Shown here piece after piece: positions 25,711-32,000 of a stretch of DNA of 32,000 bases. The DNA is taken from positions 2,640,001-2,672,000 of the forward strand of contig NC_014833.1 of assembly GCF_000179635.2 (NCBI RefSeq), written 5' to 3'. Position numbers and translations under genes: made by a program. The notes beneath the pieces were generated by a model. The model searched no databases, had not been told where the DNA came from, and saw only the letters and a program-made list of their open reading frames with translations. Numbering within the stretch: the stretch's first letter is position 1; each line of letters begins with the position of its first letter. Origin of the DNA: Ruminococcus albus 7 = DSM 20455 (GTDB lineage Bacteria; Bacillota; Clostridia; Oscillospirales; Ruminococcaceae).

Positions 25711-27513
25711 TTACTGACCCAGTTCATCCATTTGCTTTATCAGGTCACCAAATAATGCCAGCGCATCGGTGACAGGCTTAGTGGTTGACATATCCACACC
25801 TGCCCTCTTCAGCAGTGTTATCGGATCAGCCGAGCATCCGCCCATGAGGAATCCCTCGATATAGTCCTTTACAGCAGGCGCACCCTCTTTGAGTATACGC
25901 TGTGAAAGTGCTATGGCTGCAGAATATCCCGTAGCGTACTGGTATACGTAGAAATTGTAGTAGAAATGTGGGATGCGAGCCCATTCCATTTTGATATCCT
26001 CATCCATTACTATACCGTCACCGAAGTACAGCTTGTTCAGGTCGCCGTATATCTCGCAGAGTTTATCCGCAGTAAGGGTATCGCCCGAAGCGCATATCTC
26101 ACTGCACTTCAGCTCAAACTCAGCGAACATGGTCTGTCTGTAAAGAGTAGTGCGGAACTGTTCAAGGAAGTAGTTTATGAGATATGCCTTTTCTTTCCTG
26201 TCATCGGTGTGTGCAAGAAGATACTGCATCAGCAGTGCTTCGTTGCAGGTAGAAGCCACCTCAGCCACGAATATAACATAATCGCTGTATACCACAGGCT
26301 GGTTCTTGTTTGAGAGATATGAGTGTATAGCGTGACCCATCTCATGTGCAAGTGTGAACATACAATCAAGGGTATCCTTGTGGTTCAGCATAACAAAGGG
26401 GTGTACTCTTGCGCCTGCGGAATACGCACCGCTTGCCTTGTTTTCGTTCTCGTAAACATCTATCCAGCGGTTCTCAAAGCCCTCTTTCAGTATGGCGATA
26501 TAATCCTCGCCCATTGGTGCAAGTGCTTTCAGAACAGTTTCCTTAGCTTCTTCAAAGGTGACCTTCATGGTGAAGTCGGATACTATCGGGGTGTAGAGGT
26601 CATAGAAATGCAGTTCATCAACACCGAGAAGCTTTTTGCGCAGTGCGACATAATCGTACATATAGTTAATATTGTCGTGTACTGCCTTGATAAGATTATG
26701 GTAGACCTCCACGGGTACCTCATTTGAGGAAAGCGAACCTTCCAGCGCAGAATTATAATTTCTCGCCTTGGTATAGAATTCCAGCGCCTTCATCTGTGAA
26801 TCGAGCGTAGCCGCACAGGTGTTGCGGAAATTGCCGTAGCCCTTGTATATGGAAGCAAATGCGGACTTTCTCAGTTCCCTGTCGGTGGACTTCACCAGAG
26901 GGATATAACTGCCGTGGGTCACCTGATGAGTCTTGCCCTCGCTGTCAACAGCATCCTCAAATTTAAGGTCTGCATCTGAGAACATGGAGTATATCTTGTC
27001 TGCCGAATTGCCCATCTCGCCTGCCAGCGCAATTATCCTTTCCTCAGCTTCGGAAAGTACATGGTCTTTCCTGAGTCGTATGCGGTCAAGCTGACGGCGG
27101 TACAGTTCAAGCCCGCTGTTCTGCTTATAGAAGCCTTCAAGCACATCATCGGGTATCGAGATAAGCTCGGGACTTTCAAAGCTGCTTGCTGCATTAAACG
27201 CAACAAACACATTCATCATCTGACCCACATAGCCCTGATACTTTGCAACAGCCGTATCCTCATCGGACTTGCGCTGTGCATAGTTCACGATGGAATCAGC
27301 TGCTACTGATATATCATCGCTCAGCTTTAAAAACTCAAGCAGAGTATCGGCACTTTCACCAAGTCTGCCCTTGTATGCAGCTACCCTTTCGGGGAGCTTT
27401 TTAAATTCCTCCAGCGCAGCCTCCCATGCCTCATCTGTTGGGAAAATATCCTCCAATGCCCAGGTGTTTTCCTTGGCAACTTCACTTCTCTTTGGTATTC
27501 TTTCTTCGCTCAT
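25711..27513 (-). CDS. pepF: Oligoendopeptidase F (M3B metallopeptidase)
   Basis: 600 aa. The zinc motif is HEMGHAIH, and the length and N-terminal helical domain are PepF-like. The RBS is GGAGGA. Confidence 0.9.
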   Translation of the reverse strand: MSEERIPKRSEVAKENTWALEDIFPTDEAWEAALEEFKKLPERVAAYKGRLGESADTLLEFLKLSDDISVAADSIVNYAQRKSDEDTAVAKYQGYVGQMMNVFVAFNAASSFESPELISIPDDVLEGFYKQNSGLELYRRQLDRIRLRKDHVLSEAEERIIALAGEMGNSADKIYSMFSDADLKFEDAVDSEGKTHQVTHGSYIPLVKSTDRELRKSAFASIYKGYGNFRNTCAATLDSQMKALEFYTKARNYNSALEGSLSSNEVPVEVYHNLIKAVHDNINYMYDYVALRKKLLGVDELHFYDLYTPIVSDFTMKVTFEEAKETVLKALAPMGEDYIAILKEGFENRWIDVYENENKASGAYSAGARVHPFVMLNHKDTLDCMFTLAHEMGHAIHSYLSNKNQPVVYSDYVIFVAEVASTCNEALLMQYLLAHTDDRKEKAYLINYFLEQFRTTLYRQTMFAEFELKCSEICASGDTLTADKLCEIYGDLNKLYFGDGIVMDEDIKMEWARIPHFYYNFYVYQYATGYSAAIALSQRILKEGAPAVKDYIEGFLMGGCSADPITLLKRAGVDMSTTKPVTDALALFGDLIKQMDELGQ

Positions 27514-27550
27514 ATCTGATCCTCCATTCGGTAATAATCATAACAGTAAT

Positions 27551-27579
27551 ATTATACCACGTAAGTCTGTAAATTACAA
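27551..27579 (-). promoter_or_regulatory. Promoter for pepF
   Basis: Minus strand: TTGTAA (27579-27574), 17-nt spacer, extended -10 TGgTATAAT (27556-27551). Confidence 0.6.
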
Positions 27580-27728
27580 GTTTTTTTTGCGAATTGGTTT
27601 TTCTTAACTAACCGAAGCCCCCACGCGCAGCATCGTCAGATATATGGCAATTGTAAATTACTTACCGTTAATTAAACTATTATTTTAACAAGTTTCCCAA
27701 AGTTTCAAATGGTGTTTTTAGATAATTC

Positions 27729-27757
27729 TTGACAAATGTTTCCCTCATTGTTATAAT
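27729..27757 (+). promoter_or_regulatory. Promoter for the micro-ORF / Fn3 gene
   Basis: TTGACA (27729-27734), 17-nt spacer, TATAAT (27752-27757). Confidence 0.65.
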
Positions 27758-27873
27758 ATAGTTAATAAGTATCAAGTAGTTTATCATTTTGCTTGACAAT
27801 TATTGAAATGCATCATTATACCGAAAGCTTTGCTGAATGTATAAGTGATAATACCGAAAAAGGAGGAACTCGA

Positions 27874-27930
27874 ATGAACAGGTTTCATACGAACGTAGCT
27901 AAGTATAATGCAAACGTCGATAATATGTAG
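27874..27930 (+). CDS. 18-codon upstream micro-ORF (MNRFHTNVAKYNANVDNM)
   Basis: Perfect AGGAGG (27861-27866) lies 7 nt before the ATG at 27874. The stop TAG ends 19 nt before the Fn3 gene ATG. Coding status is unproven. Confidence 0.35.
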   Translation: MNRFHTNVAKYNANVDNM

Positions 27931-27949
27931 AAAGGAACGGTGTAATAAT

Positions 27950-28612
27950 ATGAAAAATAATACCAAGAGAATCGCAGCAAGTCTTTGCATCATGATGATG
28001 ATGGGCGCAGCAGTACCTGTAGGAGTTATCGGCGGTGTTGCATCTATAAACGCTAGTGCTGAAACAAGGTCAGTATACACCCCGCCCGTTATAACTTACC
28101 TGAAGGGCAACAAAGCTGTCAAGCTGAGCTGGAATGCTATAGAGGGCGCTGAGAGATATGCTGTTGCTGGATATATGAACGGTGAGTGGAAGATGCTCGA
28201 CAGGACAGAAGACACCACCTATATACTTAGCGGTCTGAAGGATAACACAGAGTACAGGGTAGCTGTTATACCCATGCTGAACGGGAAATACGTGAAGGAT
28301 TTCTCAAACAGCATAGTTGTAACACCCAAGCCCGCATATCCCAAGGTGACCAATATCGTATACAACAAGACATATCATCAGTTCAAGGTCAGCTGGAACA
28401 AGGTCCCCAACGCTGAGTGTTACGGTGTAGCTATATATCTCGCAGGCAAGTGGAGGATAATAGATCAGAACATTTCCGCGGATATAACAACATATACTTC
28501 TCCCAAGCTAAAACCCGGCAAGACCTACAAGATGATGATCGGTGCTAAGGTAAACGGCAAGTGGGATCTTTCCAATGTTAACAGCAGATCTTTCATGGTA
28601 ACAGTAAGGTAA
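27950..28612 (+). CDS. Secreted protein with two fibronectin type III-like repeats
   Basis: ATG 27950 gives the signal peptide MKNNTKRIAASLCIMMMMGAAVPVGVIGGVASINASA. Two roughly 85-aa repeats each carry (K)LSWN...AE(R/C)Y(A/G)VA...W. The ORF track starts at 27908. Confidence 0.75.
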   Translation: MKNNTKRIAASLCIMMMMGAAVPVGVIGGVASINASAETRSVYTPPVITYLKGNKAVKLSWNAIEGAERYAVAGYMNGEWKMLDRTEDTTYILSGLKDNTEYRVAVIPMLNGKYVKDFSNSIVVTPKPAYPKVTNIVYNKTYHQFKVSWNKVPNAECYGVAIYLAGKWRIIDQNISADITTYTSPKLKPGKTYKMMIGAKVNGKWDLSNVNSRSFMVTVR

Positions 28613-28650
28613 GACTTATACTATTCTCCTTATATACATTTAAGCATGAC

Positions 28651-28697
28651 AAACAGCCGTACTGCACATCCAGTACGGCTGTTTGCTTTTGCTTTTT
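28651..28697 (+). terminator. Rho-independent terminator after the Fn3 gene
   Basis: 14-bp perfect stem aaacagccgtactg / cagtacggctgttt, followed by gcttttgcttttt. Confidence 0.85.
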
Positions 28698-28765
28698 AGA
28701 ATATACGTTCCCATGCGACGGCATATAACCGTATACGAACCTATGCACTGCACCTGCTGTAATAA

Positions 28766-28993
28766 ATGCATTCCTATGCCGCATTATGCGATCGCATAAG
28801 TTGGTATGCGAAAAATGCCGATAAAGATAAAGAAGAAGATAAAGATAAAGAAAAAGATAAAGATAAATATAAAGATGAGGATGAGGATAAAGAAGAAGAT
28901 AAAGAGAGTGCGATGACCTTTCCTGCTGACTTCGTCAGCCTCCCCCTCCCCACAGGATACAAAGATCCGTTTTATTTTGACCCGTTGAGATAA
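28766..28993 (+). CDS. Possible 75-aa hyper-charged Asp/Lys/Glu-rich micro-protein (doubtful)
   Basis: The ORF is in frame with the hexamer repeat (DKDKEEDKDKEKDKDKYKDEDEDKEEDKE). It has no recognisable SD before the ATG. It is bracketed by terminators at 28651-28697 and 28995-29034. Confidence 0.25.
   Translation: MHSYAALCDRISWYAKNADKDKEEDKDKEKDKDKYKDEDEDKEEDKESAMTFPADFVSLPLPTGYKDPFYFDPLR
28820..28909 (+). repeat. Imperfect hexanucleotide microsatellite (GATAAA/GAAGAA)15
   Basis: There are 15 consecutive 6-nt units: gataaa gataaa gaagaa gataaa gataaa gaaaaa gataaa gataaa tataaa gatgag gatgag gataaa gaagaa gataaa gagagt. The plus strand has no C for 90 nt. Confidence 0.9.
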
Positions 28994-28994
28994 C

Positions 28995-29034
28995 AACAGC
29001 CGCACCCGGGACGGATACGGCTGTTTGTTTTTTC
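28995..29034. terminator. Terminator hairpin (plus-strand T-run) abutting the stop of the minus-strand membrane gene
   Basis: Stem aacagccg (28995-29002) / cggctgtt (29018-29025), followed by tgtttttt. Confidence 0.65.
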
Positions 29035-29333
29035 TACTTCATTTTCCGGTAGATGATATTCGCATATATGAGCCATGCTAACCCTCCCGGGTCTAGCACT
29101 ATAAATATAAGGGATATCCACGGGTGGGCAAAGCGAAAAGCTATCAGCACGCCAAGAGCACAAAATATCCCGCCCAGGAACGGTGCACCCGAGGGATATC
29201 GCTTTCGTTTCTCCACGGGGAGTTTGGAGTTCTTTATTGCCATAACTGTGACATAGTAGTTGAGCGCCACCATAAGTGCCCCCGGCACAAAAAACATCAG
29301 CCCTGCAAGTATCCACTGTAATGTCATCGACAT
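29034..29333 (-). CDS. Small hypothetical membrane protein (3 TM segments)
   Basis: Hydrophobic segments are LQWILAGLMFFVPGALMVALNYYV, FLGGIFCALGVLIAF and ISLIFIVLDPGGLAWLIY. AAAGGGG precedes ATG 29333; the ORF track starts at 29351. It is preferred over the overlapping 175-aa ORF in another frame. Confidence 0.55.
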   Translation of the reverse strand: MSMTLQWILAGLMFFVPGALMVALNYYVTVMAIKNSKLPVEKRKRYPSGAPFLGGIFCALGVLIAFRFAHPWISLIFIVLDPGGLAWLIYANIIYRKMK

Positions 29334-29463
29334 AGTCACCGCCCCTTTCACAGAAGCGCCCTGTCGTTTTCGGCAAGGCGCTTTTCGTTGTGTTTATGCA
29401 CATGATCCTCGAATGGACTTTGTACAAACAAATGATTTTTGTTTTAACTCGGACATATTTCTG

Positions 29464-29493
29464 CAAAAGTTGTACAAAAACGTACAACTTTTG
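29464..29493 (-). terminator. Hairpin after carB-dapF
   Basis: Perfect 12-bp stem caaaagttgtac / gtacaacttttg with a 6-nt loop. It is AT-rich, with the U-run forming part of the 3' arm. Confidence 0.45.
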
Positions 29494-29520
29494 GCACAAA
29501 ATCGCTGTATATAGAGGGGC

Positions 29521-32000
29521 TTATACTCTGATATCGCCCTCGAATACAGTAACTGCTTCACCTGTCATGTAAACTGTTTCATCAGTGTAGCGTATAGTCA
29601 GGTTGCCGCCGCGGAGCATTACTGTTACTTCCTCGTCCTTGGGACAATAGCCGTTGAGCACTGCTGCTACTACAGCCGCACAAGCACCTGTGCCGCAGGC
29701 AAATGTCTCGCCCGAACCTCTCTCCCATACACGCATTTTCAGGGTATGGCTGTCTATCACCTTGATGAACTCGGTGTTGACTCTCTCGGGGAATATTGGG
29801 TCATGCTCAAACTTAGGACCTATCTTCTCTATCTCCATATCGTCGATATTATTCATAAAGACGATGCAGTGAGGGTTGCCCATAGATACGCAGGTAACGT
29901 TGTGCTTCTCCCCTGCTATATCAACTTCTCTGTTGACTACCATGCCGTTCTCGTCAGCAGGCAGTGTGCAGGGTATCTTCACAGGGTCAAGGATAGCAGC
30001 GCCCATATCAACAGTAGCACCGTTGACCTCGCCGTAATGTCTGCTGAGCTTGACCTTGATGATGCCCGACAGTGTTTCAATGGTCATGAGATCGCGGTCT
30101 ACCAGACCATTATCACGCATGAACTTAGCCACGCATCTGATACCGTTGCCGCACATCTTGCCCTCAGAACCGTCGAGGTTGAACATCCTCATACGTCCGT
30201 CAGCCACCTTGGAACGGCATACCAGTATAACACCGTCGCCGCCGATACCGAAATGTCTGTCGGAAAGGTTCAGCGCAAAGCCCTCGGGGTTATCTATCAT
30301 ACGGTCGAAGCAGTTGAAGTAAACGTAGTCGTTGCCGCAGCCGTGCATCTTGGTGAAGTGCAGAGTGGTCTTTTCGCGGCGCATATTGTTTATATCAACT
30401 ATCTCGGTGTTGCTCTCGTTGTACTTGCTCCTGATGGAGGAAGCGATAGCGTTTGCAGTATCTATAGAAGTCAGGCAGGGTATGTTCCACTCGACTGTCT
30501 TTCTTCTTATCTTAACCGAATCACGGGAAGGTATACGACCCTTTGAAGATGTGGAGATAACGTAGTTTACCTTGCCGCTCTCGATGAGTGTAAGGGTGTT
30601 CTCGTCGCTCTCGTGTATCTTCTTTACAGCCTCAGCCTTGATGCCGTGGTCATGCAGTACTCTTGCAGTACCCTCGGTAGCATATATCTTGAATCCCAGG
30701 TCAGCGAACATCTTAGCTGTCTGAGGTATCTCCTTCTTATCGGAATCACGTACAGTTATGAATACGCCGCCCTTCTGCTCCAGCTTGTAGCCTGCAGCAG
30801 TCAGACCCTTGTACAGGGATTCTTCCAGTGAGCTTGATACTGCCAGTACCTCACCTGTAGACTTCATCTCAGGTCCAAGGTGGTTATCAACGCCTATGAG
30901 CTTTTCAAAGCTGAATACAGGCACCTTTACTGCAACATAAGGCGAATTGGGGTGCAGACCTACACCATAGCCCATATCGCGGAGCTTTTCGCCAAGCATA
31001 GCCTTTGTTGCGAGGTCTACCATAGGTACACCCGTAACCTTGGAGATATAAGGAATGGTTCTGGAAGAACGTGGGTTTACTTCGATAACATACAGCTCGT
31101 CATCATAGATGAGGTACTGGATATTTACAAGACCCTTGGTCTTCAGTGACAGTGCCAGACGCTTTGAGCAGTCAACTACCTTGTCTATAAGTCTGTCAGA
31201 TACGTTCCATGCAGGGTATACTGCTATGGAGTCGCCCGAGTGTATACCTGTTCTCTCGATATGCTCCATAATGCCGGGGATAAGTATCTCCTCACCGTCG
31301 CATATAGCATCTATCTCAAGCTCGATACCCATGAGGTACTTATCTATAAGTACGGGGTTCTCGATGCCCTGGTCGAGTATGATAGCCATATACTCCTTGA
31401 TATCAGCCTCGTTGAAGGCGATTATCATGTTCTGACCGCCCAGCACGTAGGAAGGACGCATGAGCACAGGGTAGCCTATCTTATCGGCAACGTCCAGTGC
31501 TTCCTCACAGGTCATTACTGTGAAGCCCTCGGGACGCTTGATGTGCAGGTCTTCCAGCAGTTCATCAAAACGCTCTCTGTCCTCTGCGGCATCTATGGAA
31601 TCGGGAGGTGTACCCAGTATCTTGACACCGTTCTCGCTCAGATACTTTGTGAGCTTGATAGCGGTCTGTCCGCCGAAGGCTACCACTACGCCCACAGGCT
31701 TCTCAACGCGGATGATGTTCATAACGTCCTCGTTGGTCAGCGGCTCGAAGTACAGTCTGTCAGCTGTATCGAAGTCGGTGGAAACAGTCTCGGGGTTATT
31801 GTTTACGATAACTACGTCATAGCCGTGTTCTTTCAGCGCCCATACGCAGTGTACGGAAGCGTAGTCGAACTCGATGCCCTGACCGATACGTATAGGACCC
31901 GAACCGAAAACTATTACAGTATCCTTCTTCTGCTTCTGCTCAGCGATGAACTCGGCAGCCTCGTCCTCATCATCGTAGGTGGAGTAGAAGTAAGGGGTAT
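29521..32000 (-). CDS. carB: Carbamoyl-phosphate synthase large subunit (5'-truncated by the window edge) fused in frame to diaminopimelate epimerase
   Basis: The frame is open from 32000; my translation of 31723-31998 gives ...GSGPIRIGQGIEFDYASVHCVWALKEHGYDVVIVNNNPETVSTDFDTADRLYFEPLTNEDV. The CarB second ATP-grasp half and the MGS-like domain (GVFITVRDSDKKE...ATEGTARVL) run to ...EIVDINN. With no stop codon the frame continues into MRREKTTLHFTKMHGCGNDYVYF. That begins a complete 287-aa DapF (30384-29521) with both catalytic Cys motifs (MCGNGIRC, FACGTGACA). Confidence 0.85.
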   Translation of the reverse strand, partial: TPYFYSTYDDEDEAAEFIAEQKQKKDTVIVFGSGPIRIGQGIEFDYASVHCVWALKEHGYDVVIVNNNPETVSTDFDTADRLYFEPLTNEDVMNIIRVEKPVGVVVAFGGQTAIKLTKYLSENGVKILGTPPDSIDAAEDRERFDELLEDLHIKRPEGFTVMTCEEALDVADKIGYPVLMRPSYVLGGQNMIIAFNEADIKEYMAIILDQGIENPVLIDKYLMGIELEIDAICDGEEILIPGIMEHIERTGIHSGDSIAVYPAWNVSDRLIDKVVDCSKRLALSLKTKGLVNIQYLIYDDELYVIEVNPRSSRTIPYISKVTGVPMVDLATKAMLGEKLRDMGYGVGLHPNSPYVAVKVPVFSFEKLIGVDNHLGPEMKSTGEVLAVSSSLEESLYKGLTAAGYKLEQKGGVFITVRDSDKKEIPQTAKMFADLGFKIYATEGTARVLHDHGIKAEAVKKIHESDENTLTLIESGKVNYVISTSSKGRIPSRDSVKIRRKTVEWNIPCLTSIDTANAIASSIRSKYNESNTEIVDINNMRREKTTLHFTKMHGCGNDYVYFNCFDRMIDNPEGFALNLSDRHFGIGGDGVILVCRSKVADGRMRMFNLDGSEGKMCGNGIRCVAKFMRDNGLVDRDLMTIETLSGIIKVKLSRHYGEVNGATVDMGAAILDPVKIPCTLPADENGMVVNREVDIAGEKHNVTCVSMGNPHCIVFMNNIDDMEIEKIGPKFEHDPIFPERVNTEFIKVIDSHTLKMRVWERGSGETFACGTGACAAVVAAVLNGYCPKDEEVTVMLRGGNLTIRYTDETVYMTGEAVTVFEGDIRV

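Noticed and set aside
28820-28909. Possible CRISPR or other spacer-repeat array.
   Set aside because: The period is 6 nt with no unique spacers, and no cas genes are present. It is a microsatellite.
28784-29005. 73-aa Phe/Ile-rich minus-strand ORF (FIFIFIFFFIFIFFF).
   Set aside because: It is simply the reverse-complement reading of the (GATAAA)n microsatellite, not a real membrane peptide.
28972-29499. 175-aa minus-strand ORF overlapping the 105-aa membrane ORF.
   Set aside because: It has no hydrophobic or domain pattern and no RBS. The overlapping frame at 29034-29333 encodes three clean TM helices with an upstream AAAGGGG.
1-32000. Mobile-element or genomic-island signatures (integrase, transposase, tRNA target, phage genes) around the Ter cluster.
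   Set aside because: None were found. The flanking genes are housekeeping (pheST, pepF, carB), and composition looks uniform by eye. I therefore cannot claim horizontal acquisition.

Overview
The window looks like Firmicutes/Clostridia chromosome. A type-I dockerin module and the codon usage suggest a Ruminococcus-like cellulolytic organism, but that is inference. All homology calls come from motifs I recognise by eye; no searches were run.

About 23 genes are well supported:
- a flotillin
- a secreted SH3 + glucosaminidase-like + dockerin protein
- a cytoplasmic protein made of 10 tandem zinc-ribbon units, with a small acidic partner ORF
- a PdaA-like deacetylase lipoprotein and IreB
- pheS/pheT, preceded by a SAM methyltransferase gene and a Phe (UUC) T-box leader
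- a small membrane-protein / DUF3783-like / EamA operon
- oligoendopeptidase F
- a secreted double-Fn3 protein
- a carB reading frame that runs without a stop into an intact dapF

The strongest candidate system is an ~11 kb minus-strand cluster at 6364-17388. In transcription order it encodes YceG-like (761 aa), TelA, TerD, TerD, a P2-type Ca2+-ATPase, PRTase+TRSP, StiP/PRTase_1 and a HAD phosphatase. This is a compact Ter/TelA-type stress or defence locus carrying a reduced version of the predicted 'nucleoside-like metabolite' module. A Ca2+ pump sits where TerC normally does. No TerB, TerC, ATP-grasp or C-C lyase gene is present in the window.

Secondary curiosities:
- the deca-zinc-ribbon protein
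- the methyltransferase inserted between the Phe T-box and pheST
- a ~107-bp element with ~29-bp inverted termini overlapping the methyltransferase stop codon
- the CarB-DapF fusion
- a (GATAAA)n hexamer microsatellite boxed in by terminators
- an 18-codon upstream ORF with a perfect SD

No rRNA, tRNA, CRISPR array, transposase or integrase was seen.
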